A stretch of DNA of 64,000 bases. Source: Chloroflexota bacterium. Its GTDB lineage: Bacteria > Chloroflexota > Dehalococcoidia > UBA2979. The DNA is taken from NCBI GenBank assembly GCA_016875635.1, contig VGPD01000004.1, positions 5,286 through 69,285 on the forward strand, in the 5' to 3' direction. Position numbers and translations under genes: made by a program. The notes under the pieces were generated by a model. That model saw only the letters and a list, made by a program, of their open reading frames with translations, had not been told where the DNA came from and ran no database searches. Below are positions 35,246-45,030 of this stretch, one piece after another (the stretch's first letter is position 1; each line of letters begins with the position of its first letter).

Positions 35246-38200
35246 CTATACACCGACCGGCTCCCGATCACCGGCGAGCAAACGCAGCAGCGCCTCCACC
35301 GAGCCCAGCCACGCCTCGCCGAGTGCCCGGCGCGGGATGCGGATCTGCGCCCGGCCGATGTTCACGTCGCGCGGCAGCGAGGGGAGCCGGCGTGTCGCGA
35401 ACGTCCGGTCGGAGGTCGACTGGATGACGATCTCGTCGCCTTCGACGCGGAGGGAGGAGATGCCGGCGGCGCGCGCCGTGAGGCGGAGGCGGGCGAGCAC
35501 GAGCATATTCGCCAGCGGCTCCGGCAGCGCCCCGAAGCGGTCCTCGGTCTCCTGAGCCAGCGCCTCGGCGTCCGCGCGTGAGCGGAGGCCCGCGGCGCGC
35601 TGGTAGAGCGCGAGTCGTGCCTCCAGGTCCTGGACGTACGACTCGGGGATGTAAGAGGGCACCGGGAGGTCGACGACGATGCTGCGGAGGATGTCGCGGT
35701 CCTCGTGCGGGAGCGTCTGAGGCGCGCGGTGCTCGTGCTGGGCGCGGAGGGCCTCCACGGCCTCGGCCAGCATCTCCGTGTACAGGTCGAAACCGACGGA
35801 GGCGATGTGCCCGCTCTGCTCCGCGCCGAGCAGGTTCCCCGCGCCGCGGATCTCCAGATCGCGCAGCGCCACCTGGAAGCCGGCGCCGAGTTCGGTGGCC
35901 TCGAAGATCGTGGCGAGGCGCGCCTGTGCCTCTTCGGTCAGGATGCGGCCGCGCGGATGGAAGAGGTAGGCGAAGGCCTGGTTCGCGCCCCGGCCGACGC
36001 GCCCGCGCAGCTGGTACATCTGCGCGAGGCCCAGCAGGTCGGAGCGGTCCACGATCAGCGTGTTCGCGTTCGGGATGTCGATGCCGGACTCGATGATCGT
36101 GGTGCAGATCAGCACGTCGAACTCGCCGTTGGCGAACTTCTCCATGACCGACTTCAGCACGCCTTCCGGCATCTGCCCGTGGCTGACGACCATCCGCGCC
36201 TCCGGGACGAGCGCGCGCAGCGAGTCCGCGAACTGGTCGATGCTCTGCACGCGGTTGTGGACGACGAAGACCTGCCCGCCCCGCTCGATCTCGTGCAGGA
36301 TCGCCTCGCGCGCGATTGGGCCGTCCCACTCCATGACGTACGTCTGGACGGGCTGGCGGCCTTCGGGGGCGGTCTCGATGGTGCTCATGTCGCGGATGCC
36401 GGTCAGCGCCATGTGCAGCGTGCGCGGGATCGGCGTGGCGGAGAGGGTGAGCACGTCCACCTCGAGCCGCATCCGTTTCAACCGGTCCTTGTGAGTCACG
36501 CCGAACCGCTGCTCCTCGTCGATGATCACGAGGCCGAGGTTGGCAAACTCGATGTGCGGGTCCAGCAGCCGGTGCGTCCCGATCAGGATGTCGATTTCGC
36601 CTGCCTTCGTGCGTTCCAGGATCTCCCGCACTTCCTGGTTGCTGCGGAAGCGCGAGATCACGTCGATCCGCACGGGGAAGCCGGAGAGCCGCTCGCGGAA
36701 GGTGCGGAGGTGCTGCTCGGAGAGGACGGTCGTCGGCACGAGCACCGCGACCTGGTAGCCCTCCTGCACGGCCTTGAACGCGGCACGCACGGCGATCTCG
36801 GTTTTGCCGAAGCCGACGTCGCCGCAGATGATCCGGTCCATCGGGCGGCCGGAGTGCATATCGTCCTTCACCGCGGCGATCGCTTCGACCTGGTCGGCGG
36901 TCTCCTCGTAGGGGAAGGCCTCCTCCATCTCGACCTGCCATGGCGTGTCCGGGCCGAAGGCGTGCCCCTGGAGCATCTGGCGCGCTGCGTACAGCCGGAT
37001 GAGGTCCTGCGCGACGATCTCGACCGCGCCCTTGACTTTCTGGCGCGCGCGCGACCATTCCTGCGTCCCCAGCCGCGTGAGGCGCGGCACATGGCCGGCC
37101 GGGCCGTTGTAGCGGGTGACCCGGTCGACCTGCTCCACCGGCACATACAGCCGGTCCTCGCCCGCGTAGCGCAGTTCGAGGTAGTCCCGTTCCTCCTCGC
37201 CGACCAGGCGGCGCAAGGTGCCGCCGAACCGTGCGATGCCGTGGTCGGCATGCACGACGAAGTCGCCGGGTGACACCTCTGCCAGGAAGCGCGAGCGGTG
37301 CGTGGTGCGCTGGCGCAGCGTCCGCCGTCGCTTCACGAAGCCGAACAGTTCCCGGTCTGTGGAGAGCGAGGCGATCCCGTCCGCGGTCTGGACCGCCCAC
37401 CCCTCTGGCAGCGAGCCCTGCAACAGCGCCAGCGTCCTGCGGGGCGGCTTCGCGGGCACTGCGTCGAGGACCGTTGTGCGCACGCCCTCCTCACCGAGGA
37501 TCTCGACGTACCGCTGTGCCTGCTGTGTGACGACGGCGATGCGGTCGCCCCGCGCGATCTGGCGGGCGTGGTCGCGCGCGGCATCCTTCAGTCGCCCGGC
37601 GTAGGTGTCGGCGGTCTTGAAGGGGAGGCGGAACGCGCCCGCCTCCGCACCGGTGATCCAGCGTCCGAATTCCGCGCGCTGTCCGCGTCCGTCCAGCGCC
37701 GCCTTCAGGCGATCGCGAGGTTCGTGCGGCAGTGGGGCGCGCGGGTCGAGCTCGCCGCGCCCGGCCATTTCGGTCCGTCGCTCGTCGGCGAGTTCGTCGA
37801 GGTCGGCCATGGACGCCTCGATGGCCTCCCGCTCGTCGAGGATGACGAGTGCGCCCTCACGCAGGTGGTCGAGGATCGTGGATTCGACCGCGAGCGGGCC
37901 GTAGAGCGAGGCGTCCGCGAGCTCACCGGCGCGCAGCGCGTGCAACGACTCCTGGACCTGGCGGTCGCGCACCTCGTCGAGCCGGCCGGCAAGGCGGCTC
38001 AGCTCTTCGCGGCTGGGGAACCACTCGCGTGCCGGGCCGATCACCACCTCGTCCAGCGTCTCCACGGTGCGCTGGATCTCGATGTCGAACGCGCGGATCG
38101 ACTCGACCTCCGGGCCGAAGAACTCGATCCGTGCCGGACGCGGAGCGCCGGGCGGGTAGACGTCGAGGATGCCGCCGCGGCGCGTGGCTTGCCCCGGCAT

Positions 38201-38755
38201 CTCCACCAGCGGCGTCATCACGTATCCCGCCTCGACGAGCGCGAGTGCCATCGCCTCCAGCGATTGCCGGTCACCGCGCCGTAGCCGGCCGGGCCCGCGC
38301 CCGAGGTCGGCCGGCCGCAGCGTGTGCGCGGCCACCGCCGCGACCGAGGCGACGACGAGTGGTGGTGGCCCGCCCGAGGAGGCCTGTGCGATCCGCGCGA
38401 GGACGCCAATCCGCTGCCAGGTGGCCTCGGTGTCGCCCGCTGTCCGCTGGTACGGGAGTGCGCCGGGGGCGGGGAAGTGGGCGCCGGCCTCCCCGGCCCA
38501 GAGCCGGACCTGCTCGGCGAGCGCCTGTGCGTCCGCCTCCCGGGCGGTGATGTACAGCACCGGCCGCCTCGCCCGTCGCCAGAGCAGCGCCGCGGTCACC
38601 GCCTTCGCTCCGTCCGGCACACCGATGCGCGCGGGGCGGCCCTCATCGAGGCGCGCAAACACATCCGGCAGCGGGTCGACCGCCTGCAGGGTGGGGAGCA
38701 GCGGTGAAAGGTCGCTCACGTCGCTGATGCCTCGTTCAGCCCGGCGGACGCACAC
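35246..38755 (-). CDS. mfd: transcription-repair coupling factor Mfd
   Basis: 1169 aa. UvrB-homology N-terminus, RNAP-interacting domain, SF2 helicase motifs (DVGFGKTEIAVRAAF, DEEQRFGV), TRG motif. Immediately downstream of pth. Confidence 0.9.
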   Translation of the reverse strand: MCVRRAERGISDVSDLSPLLPTLQAVDPLPDVFARLDEGRPARIGVPDGAKAVTAALLWRRARRPVLYITAREADAQALAEQVRLWAGEAGAHFPAPGALPYQRTAGDTEATWQRIGVLARIAQASSGGPPPLVVASVAAVAAHTLRPADLGRGPGRLRRGDRQSLEAMALALVEAGYVMTPLVEMPGQATRRGGILDVYPPGAPRPARIEFFGPEVESIRAFDIEIQRTVETLDEVVIGPAREWFPSREELSRLAGRLDEVRDRQVQESLHALRAGELADASLYGPLAVESTILDHLREGALVILDEREAIEASMADLDELADERRTEMAGRGELDPRAPLPHEPRDRLKAALDGRGQRAEFGRWITGAEAGAFRLPFKTADTYAGRLKDAARDHARQIARGDRIAVVTQQAQRYVEILGEEGVRTTVLDAVPAKPPRRTLALLQGSLPEGWAVQTADGIASLSTDRELFGFVKRRRTLRQRTTHRSRFLAEVSPGDFVVHADHGIARFGGTLRRLVGEEERDYLELRYAGEDRLYVPVEQVDRVTRYNGPAGHVPRLTRLGTQEWSRARQKVKGAVEIVAQDLIRLYAARQMLQGHAFGPDTPWQVEMEEAFPYEETADQVEAIAAVKDDMHSGRPMDRIICGDVGFGKTEIAVRAAFKAVQEGYQVAVLVPTTVLSEQHLRTFRERLSGFPVRIDVISRFRSNQEVREILERTKAGEIDILIGTHRLLDPHIEFANLGLVIIDEEQRFGVTHKDRLKRMRLEVDVLTLSATPIPRTLHMALTGIRDMSTIETAPEGRQPVQTYVMEWDGPIAREAILHEIERGGQVFVVHNRVQSIDQFADSLRALVPEARMVVSHGQMPEGVLKSVMEKFANGEFDVLICTTIIESGIDIPNANTLIVDRSDLLGLAQMYQLRGRVGRGANQAFAYLFHPRGRILTEEAQARLATIFEATELGAGFQVALRDLEIRGAGNLLGAEQSGHIASVGFDLYTEMLAEAVEALRAQHEHRAPQTLPHEDRDILRSIVVDLPVPSYIPESYVQDLEARLALYQRAAGLRSRADAEALAQETEDRFGALPEPLANMLVLARLRLTARAAGISSLRVEGDEIVIQSTSDRTFATRRLPSLPRDVNIGRAQIRIPRRALGEAWLGSVEALLRLLAGDREPVGV

Positions 38756-38859
38756 GCGGTAACTGGGCCGCCCCGTCTGGGGTGGCCCTCGCGCATAGGT
38801 GCGGCTGATTCAGTCAGTGTAGATCGGTGTGGACTGAAGCGCAGCGCAGGTCGCGGAGG

Positions 38860-39543
38860 TCAGGGGGCTGCCGGGCGTTCGTCCTCGTTCACCAGCCGCA
38901 TCGCGGCGTCGTAGCCGTCGCGGACGGCGACCTCGACGGCGGCGCAGACACGTTCGACGGCGGCGTCGAGGAGGGCGCGGTCGGCGACATTGGGCTCCGA
39001 GAGCACCCATATCGCGACTCGCTCCGGTTCGCGGACAGGCGCTCCGGCTTCGTAGGGGCGGTCGATCCCGATGCGGATGCGGGCGAACTGCTCGCTGCCG
39101 AGCGCGGCGATCAGGGACTTCATTCCGTTGTTGCCGCCGCTGGAGCCATGGAGGCGCATGCGCGTCCGGCCCACCGGGAGGTCGAGTTCGTCGTACAGCA
39201 CCAGCACCTGCGATGGCGGGACGCGTAGCCGTCGTGCCTCCTGCGCCACCGGCCCGCCGCTGTCGTTCATGAACGCCCGCGGGCGGGCGAGCGTCAGGCG
39301 ATGCCCGTCGATCGAGATCATGGCGCTGTACACGCGGCCTTCGCGCTTCAACTCGACGCGGTACTTCTTTGCGAGTGCGGCGATGCACCACGCTCCCACG
39401 TTGTGCCGCGTGCCGCTGTATTCCGCGCCGGGGTTACCGAGGCCGACCACCAGCAGGGGGCGCGGCTCAACCTCGCCCGCGGGCACGGCGGTTTCCGGCA
39501 CTTTCGGCGCGGCATGGCGGAACGAGTCGAACGGGAGTGGCAT
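38860..39543 (-). CDS. pth: peptidyl-tRNA hydrolase
   Basis: ATG at 39541-39543. 227 aa with Pth motifs (LVVGLGNPGAEYSGTRHNVG, FMNDSGGPV, GHNG-like GGNNGMKS). Upstream part of the listed 513-aa ORF is non-coding-like. Confidence 0.85.
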   Translation of the reverse strand: MPLPFDSFRHAAPKVPETAVPAGEVEPRPLLVVGLGNPGAEYSGTRHNVGAWCIAALAKKYRVELKREGRVYSAMISIDGHRLTLARPRAFMNDSGGPVAQEARRLRVPPSQVLVLYDELDLPVGRTRMRLHGSSGGNNGMKSLIAALGSEQFARIRIGIDRPYEAGAPVREPERVAIWVLSEPNVADRALLDAAVERVCAAVEVAVRDGYDAAMRLVNEDERPAAP

Positions 39544-39963
39544 GGGGGCATCGTGGGCCGCGCGCGCCGCCAGCGCAACGGGAAGGTCTGCGCGCCGGAG
39601 GTGCGCCGGAATCTTGGCAGCGGCTGGATGCCGCGGCTGACCCGGGAGACCGGGCCTCGGAGCGCCCTCGAACTCCGCCTGTGAGGCGACACGCAGTACG
39701 CAGTGCGAGGTACCCACGAGGTGGGCTGAGTGCAACGCGCGGTGCCGCGCGAGCAGCCGCTCACCGTCGCGATGAAATCGGCTGACCGGATGTTCGACAT
39801 GGCGCCGCGGGCGTTCCGCAGCGTCAACCAGTGCCCCTTCGGGGGGCGTACATGGGCTCGGTGGGGGGCGGCGCTTCGGCGTCGCGCGTCCAGAACGTCG
39901 CCGGGATGCGGACAGCGTCGAGGGCCGCGAGCCTCCATCGGGGAGCGCTGTCCGAATTACGTC

Positions 39964-40003
39964 GACGCGGGAGGGAGGACGCGGGAGGGAGGACGCGGGA
40001 GTG
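39964..40003. repeat. 14-bp tandem repeat gacgcgggagggag x ~2.9
   Basis: Seen directly in the pth leader / ech downstream region. Confidence 0.6.
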
Positions 40004-40012
40004 AAGGCGGCC

Positions 40013-40046
40013 GCGCGGGAGGCATCGACCCTCGACCCTCCCGCGC
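40013..40046 (-). terminator. GC-rich hairpin (gcgcgggagg ... cctcccgcgc, 10-bp stem) immediately downstream of the enoyl-CoA hydratase gene
   Basis: Perfect 10-bp inverted repeat with 14-nt loop, 10 nt after the stop at 40056. No U-tract (common in high-GC genomes). Confidence 0.35.
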
Positions 40047-40055
40047 AGCCCTGGA

Positions 40056-40901
40056 CTATCGACCCTTGAAGTTCGGCCGGCGCTTCTCGATGAACGCGCG
40101 CACGCCCTCCTTGTGGTCCTCGGTCGATCGGGCGATGCCGCTGGCGGCGGTGTTGCTGGCGAAGTGCTCGCGGAACGTCTGGTGTGTCGCCTTGTGCGCC
40201 ATGAGCTTCATCAGGCCCATCTGTACCGTGGGGCCGTGCGCCAGCCGCGTGGCCAGTTCCATCGTCGCCGCCATCAACTGCTCGTGCGGGACGACTTTGT
40301 TCGCGAGGCCGATGCGGTAGGCCTCGGTGCCGCTGACCGGTTCGCCGGTGTACGCCATCATCAGCGTGTTCGAGATGCCGATCAGTCGCTGCAGCTGCCA
40401 CATGCTCCCATCGCCAGAGACGATGCCGTTGCGGATGAACGCCTCACAGAACGCGGCCCTCTCGGAGGCGATGCGGAAATCGCAAGAGATAGCGATGCCG
40501 TCGCCGACGCCGTACGCCGGTCCGTTCACCGCCGCGATCGAGGGCTTCTGCAGGTTCCATAGCTTCCAGATGATCGACGGCCCGCTGAAATTACCGTGTT
40601 CGTACGCGTACCCCGCGGGGTCCATCCGCTCCCAGACGCTGGGCTCGGGTGGCGGCCCGGAGCGCTCCCGTTCCTGGATGTTGCGGTTGAACCCCTTCAC
40701 GTTGGCGCCGGAACAGAAGGCGAACCCCTCGCCAGTCAGCACGAGGCACCGCAGATCGGGGTCGGCGGAGAACCGATCGATCTCCGCCTCGGCCTCCTCG
40801 GCCATCTGGCCGCCCCAGGCGTTCCGCGTGGACGGGTCGTTGAACGTGATGACCATGACCCCGTCTGGCGTGGTCTCGGACCGAATGAACTCAAGCGCCA
40901 T
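40056..40901 (-). CDS. enoyl-CoA hydratase/isomerase (crotonase) family protein
   Basis: 281 aa. Crotonase fold blocks (CSGANVKGF, AAVNGPAYGVGDGIA, oxyanion-hole Gly). Confidence 0.8.
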   Translation of the reverse strand: MALEFIRSETTPDGVMVITFNDPSTRNAWGGQMAEEAEAEIDRFSADPDLRCLVLTGEGFAFCSGANVKGFNRNIQERERSGPPPEPSVWERMDPAGYAYEHGNFSGPSIIWKLWNLQKPSIAAVNGPAYGVGDGIAISCDFRIASERAAFCEAFIRNGIVSGDGSMWQLQRLIGISNTLMMAYTGEPVSGTEAYRIGLANKVVPHEQLMAATMELATRLAHGPTVQMGLMKLMAHKATHQTFREHFASNTAASGIARSTEDHKEGVRAFIEKRRPNFKGR

Positions 40902-41044
40902 GCGACACCCCCTGTCCGCCGGCGTCCGGTGCCGACGATCTCGGCGAGATCATAGGATCGTGTCCATGTTCCCACATGCGCGCGTTTGCTCGTTACGCTG
41001 CACTGGCCGTCGGGAAGGGCCGGCGGCCAGCGGAGGAGTAACGC

Positions 41045-42664
41045 GTGCGGGGAGTGGTGGTCTGTCCACAACCGGAGGCCGTCGAGGCCGGTCGCCGGAT
41101 GCTCGAGCTCGGCGGCAACGCCATCGATGCGGCGATTGCGACCTCGTTCGCGCAGGGGATCGCCGATCCGATCATGACCAGCATCGGTGGGAACGGCACG
41201 ATGCAGGTGTTCCATGCAGAGTCCGGCGAGCACCGCGTGGTCGACTTCTACGGCAAGGCGCCGCTGGCGGCGCGCCCCGACATGTGGGAGCAGCTGGTGG
41301 TGCGCCGGCTGCGGGCAGATATGTGGGAGCTGCAGGGCCGCGTGAACCAGGTCGGTCACCTCGCCGTCACCGTCCCGGGCACTGCGCTCGCGCTGTACGA
41401 GGCGTCTCGGCGGTGGGGACGGCTGCCGTGGCGCGAACTGCTGCAACCGGCGATCGAGCTCGCCGAGGCGGGGTTCATCGTCGGCCGCGAGCTCGCGGAG
41501 ACGATGGCGCTGGACATGGGCGAAGGGATGTCGACGATGGTCGAGATCACCGTCGCGACGGCCGCCGCGAAGCGCGTCTTCACGAACGACGGTCAGCCGC
41601 TGCAGATTGGTCAGCGTTTCCAGATGCCGGACTACGCCAACACCCTGCGCGTGCTGGCGGCGCAGGGGCCGGACAGCATCTATGCCGGCGGCGAGATCGG
41701 CACCGCGATTGTGGACGACTTCAAGCGCAACGGCGGACTGATCACGGAGGAGGACCTCCGCGCCTACCGCCTGGTGGAGTACGAACCGCTGCGCGGCACC
41801 TACCGGGGACACGAGGTCTGCGGCAACCGTCCGCCAGGGAGCGGCATGCAGGTCATCGAGACCCTCAACATCCTCGAGGGCTTCGACATGGCCGGGATCG
41901 GTTTCGGCACGCCCGAGTACGGGTACGTCATGTCGATGGCGCAGCGGGCGGGCTTCGTCGACCGGGAGAGGTACCTCGGCGATCCCGCGTTCATCGACGT
42001 GCCGACCGAGATGCTGCTGTCGAAGGAGCACGCCGCGGGGTGGCGTGAGCGCATCCAGCGCGGCGAACTGTTCGACGTCGAAGGGCTCGCACCCTCCGAT
42101 TCCAAGCAGACGACCACCGTCTCCGCCATGGACGGCGCCGGAAACGCGGTTGCGATCACGCATACCCTTGGCAGCCCGTGCTCCGGCGTCGTGGTGGACG
42201 GGCTCGGCTTCTTCTTTAACAACTCGATGCACATCTTCTACCCGTACCCCGGGCACCCGAACTCCATCGCGCCGGGGAAGTCGCGGACGACCGGCATGTC
42301 GCCGACGATCGTCCTGCGTGACGGCCAGCCGGTCTTCGTCACCAGCGCACCCGGGGCGGTGAAGATCCTCACCGGCAACCTGAACGCGATCGTGAACCAC
42401 ATCGACTACGGCATGACACCGACGGAAGCGGTCTCCGCGCCGCGTATCCACTCGGAAGGGACGTGGGTCGATATGGAGCCGCGGCTGGCGTTCTACCTGA
42501 CGCCGTACCTGGAGCAGCGCGGCGTCAAGGTCGTGCAGACGCCGAAGAGTTACGACTCGATTCTGGCGCTGGTGCACGCGGTCGCGCGCGACCCGCGTAC
42601 CGGCGCGATCCGTGGGGGCGCCGACCCGCGTGCACGCGGCGGCTGGGCCGAGGTGCGTGACTAG
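41045..42664 (+). CDS. ggt: gamma-glutamyltranspeptidase
   Basis: 539 aa. Autoprocessing/catalytic Thr block (KQTTTVSAMDGAGNAVAITHTLGSP). GGT family small-subunit motifs. Confidence 0.85.
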   Translation: MRGVVVCPQPEAVEAGRRMLELGGNAIDAAIATSFAQGIADPIMTSIGGNGTMQVFHAESGEHRVVDFYGKAPLAARPDMWEQLVVRRLRADMWELQGRVNQVGHLAVTVPGTALALYEASRRWGRLPWRELLQPAIELAEAGFIVGRELAETMALDMGEGMSTMVEITVATAAAKRVFTNDGQPLQIGQRFQMPDYANTLRVLAAQGPDSIYAGGEIGTAIVDDFKRNGGLITEEDLRAYRLVEYEPLRGTYRGHEVCGNRPPGSGMQVIETLNILEGFDMAGIGFGTPEYGYVMSMAQRAGFVDRERYLGDPAFIDVPTEMLLSKEHAAGWRERIQRGELFDVEGLAPSDSKQTTTVSAMDGAGNAVAITHTLGSPCSGVVVDGLGFFFNNSMHIFYPYPGHPNSIAPGKSRTTGMSPTIVLRDGQPVFVTSAPGAVKILTGNLNAIVNHIDYGMTPTEAVSAPRIHSEGTWVDMEPRLAFYLTPYLEQRGVKVVQTPKSYDSILALVHAVARDPRTGAIRGGADPRARGGWAEVRD

Positions 42665-42828
42665 CACGGGATCGGCGGGCTCGCAGTGCTCTGGACGGGC
42701 GCGGTGTGGTTCGCGCTTGGTCAGTGGACTGCAACGGCGAGCATCGTGAGCAGCGACCCCGGCGAGGGAGGATCCGGTAGGGGCGCAGATAGCGCCGCCA
42801 GCGCAACGCTCGCTGCGACCTCGCCCTG

Positions 42829-44283
42829 TCAGGAGAGGCGCGCCACGCCGTCCGGAGCCCCGTGTACAGCGGCCGCGAGCGCCCCGCGGAACGCCTCGGC
42901 GACCGCGTCCACGTCGTCCGCGCGCACCTCGGGGAATCGCGCCGCCACGTCCGCGAGCGGGTCGTCACCACCGAAGCCCCGCACGACGCGGGTCAGGAGG
43001 GCGGCGAGGCGGTCGTCGAGCACGCGGTCGAGGTTGCCGACATCGCTCGCATGGATTGCCGTGAGCACACGCGCGAGGTCGTCGCCGGCACCGTCCAGGA
43101 CACGATGTGTGAGCGCCGTCGAGAGCGCGCGCAGGCGTGTGTCGAGCGCCTCTTCGACTTCGCCACGAAGTTCTTCGAGCGTCGCGACGGCCGGGTGGCC
43201 CGCGCCCAGACGGATGTCGCCTGTCACTGGTTGGCCGGGTAGCGGTGCTGGTGGAAGTGTGCCGAGGGCGTCGACGGCGCCTCGCACATGGAGCGCGATG
43301 AGTCGCCTACCGGATGCCAGGATCGAGGCGAGCCGGTCAGCCGTCGCGGCGCGGGCCAGGAGCTGCTCCGCGCCGCCTCGAGTGCGTGCGGCGTCCGCGA
43401 GGGCCATCGCGTAGTGGCGTGCGTACGCGGTATCGTACCGGCGCCGCCAGATGGCGAGCGCAGCCAGCGCTGGCGCGAAGGTCCGGTCGAAGTACCGCCA
43501 CGGTGTGGCCTGTTCGAGCAGCACCTGCCGGTCGAAGGCGAGATCGGCCCACCCACCGGCCTCGGGGACGGCGGCGTCGTCAAGGAATCGGAGCGCCGCT
43601 GCCGTCTCCGGGTCGCATTCGCCAATCTGCCGGGTGAGCAGCACCGTCGCGAATTGCTCGGACGTCCTGAAATGGACGTGCAGCCAGCGTTCCAGCGCAG
43701 CGCCGTGCAACGGCAGCGCTTCCGTGTCCGTGTCCGTGTCCGCGAGCGCGATCGCGATGGGGTCAACGACCTCGACTCGCGCGGAGGCATGTCGAAGCGC
43801 GGCGACGCCCGCTGCGCGGAACTCGGCCTCGGACGGCCCGTGTTCGCGATAGTGCGGCGATGCTGGCCAGAGGCCCTGCGCGACCCCGCCCCAGGCTGCG
43901 GGCGGGCGGTTCAGAATGATGGCCAGCCACCCGGGCGGTTGTGGTGGCACGCTATCCGGAGCCGCCAGGACGACGGCGCGAACGTCGGCCACGTCGACGG
44001 CTGGTGAATTGAGCAGCGTGTTGTCCCAGCGTTGAGTCGCTCGGACTTCGAGCACAAACGGGATGCCGGAAGGCGCACGAAAGGTGAGCAGCTGCGGGGC
44101 GGTAGCCTCAGTCGGCGGGGCGCGGGCAGCGGGGTTCGGCGCATCGTCATATCCGTACAGATGAGCGGAACTGATGTGCTGCGGCGCTCCGGTCGCCATG
44201 TCTACCCGTGTGGCGCTCCTAGAGGATTCAGGTTGTCCCGGTTCCGGGCCACCGATACGATGCCCGCGCCCCTGCCGCTCCAC
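42829..44283 (-). CDS. large uncharacterised protein (orphan, no recognisable motif)
   Basis: 484-aa ORF with good GC3 bias. Ala/Arg/Asp-rich helical composition. Start uncertain (possible internal ATG at MATGAPQHISS). Confidence 0.5.
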   Translation of the reverse strand: MERQGRGHRIGGPEPGQPESSRSATRVDMATGAPQHISSAHLYGYDDAPNPAARAPPTEATAPQLLTFRAPSGIPFVLEVRATQRWDNTLLNSPAVDVADVRAVVLAAPDSVPPQPPGWLAIILNRPPAAWGGVAQGLWPASPHYREHGPSEAEFRAAGVAALRHASARVEVVDPIAIALADTDTDTEALPLHGAALERWLHVHFRTSEQFATVLLTRQIGECDPETAAALRFLDDAAVPEAGGWADLAFDRQVLLEQATPWRYFDRTFAPALAALAIWRRRYDTAYARHYAMALADAARTRGGAEQLLARAATADRLASILASGRRLIALHVRGAVDALGTLPPAPLPGQPVTGDIRLGAGHPAVATLEELRGEVEEALDTRLRALSTALTHRVLDGAGDDLARVLTAIHASDVGNLDRVLDDRLAALLTRVVRGFGGDDPLADVAARFPEVRADDVDAVAEAFRGALAAAVHGAPDGVARLS

Positions 44284-44327
44284 GGATTGGGCGGTGTGCG
44301 GCGCCTACCTTCCGGAGGTGACCGAAC

Positions 44328-45020
44328 ATGTCAGATGTCATTGCGACCGCCCGCAAGCAGCGGCGGACGCTGCTCAGCGAGGTCGAGGCGAAGGATCTGC
44401 TGGCCGAGGCGGGAATCCCCGTCGCCCGCGCCATCCTCGCGAAGGGCCCGAAAAAGGCGGTTGAGGCGGCGGAAGCCGTTGGCTACCCGGTGGTGATGAA
44501 GATTGTCTCCCCGGACATCGCGCACAAGTCAGACGTGGGCGGCGTCACACTCGGCCTGAAGGACGCGAAGGCGGTTCGCAAGGCCTACAAGGAAATGATC
44601 GAGCGCGTCTCGGACGCTGCTCCGAACGCGAAGATCGCCGGCGTTGCCATCCAGAACATGGCGGCCCAGGGCATCGAAGTCATCGTGGGGGCGACCACGG
44701 ATCCGCAGTTCGGGCCGGTCATGATGTTCGGCCTGGGGGGCGTGTTCGTCGAGGTGCTGAAGGACGTGGCGTTCCGGATCGTCCCGCTGGAGCCGCGCGA
44801 TGCGGCCCAGATGGTTCGCGAGATCCGTGGCCTGCCGATCCTGCAGGGCGCGCGCGGCTCCCAACCCGCCGACCTTCCCGCGCTGGAAGTGCTGATCGTG
44901 AAGGTGTCGCAGTTCGTGGCGGCCCATCCCGAGGTGGCAGAGCTCGACCTCAACCCCGTGTTTGCCTACCCGAATGGTGCGTTGGCCGTGGACGCCCGCA
45001 TCGTCCTGGCGAGCGCGTAA
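44328..45020 (+). CDS. acetate--CoA ligase (ADP-forming) beta-type ATP-grasp subunit
   Basis: 230 aa. ATP-grasp_5-like (GYPVVMKIVSPDIAHKSDVGGV). Confidence 0.75.
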   Translation: MSDVIATARKQRRTLLSEVEAKDLLAEAGIPVARAILAKGPKKAVEAAEAVGYPVVMKIVSPDIAHKSDVGGVTLGLKDAKAVRKAYKEMIERVSDAAPNAKIAGVAIQNMAAQGIEVIVGATTDPQFGPVMMFGLGGVFVEVLKDVAFRIVPLEPRDAAQMVREIRGLPILQGARGSQPADLPALEVLIVKVSQFVAAHPEVAELDLNPVFAYPNGALAVDARIVLASA

Positions 45021-45030
45021 GGGGACTGCG

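Noticed and set aside
39964-40046. Short tandem repeats considered as a possible CRISPR array
   Set aside because: Only about 3 copies of a 14-bp unit are present, with no spacers, plus one hairpin. No cas genes are in the window.
39544-40401. 5-prime extension of the pth ORF (listed as 513 aa)
   Set aside because: Only the last 227 codons match peptidyl-tRNA hydrolase. The upstream part is Arg/Pro-rich and contains tandem DNA repeats. ATG 39541-39543 is the sensible start.
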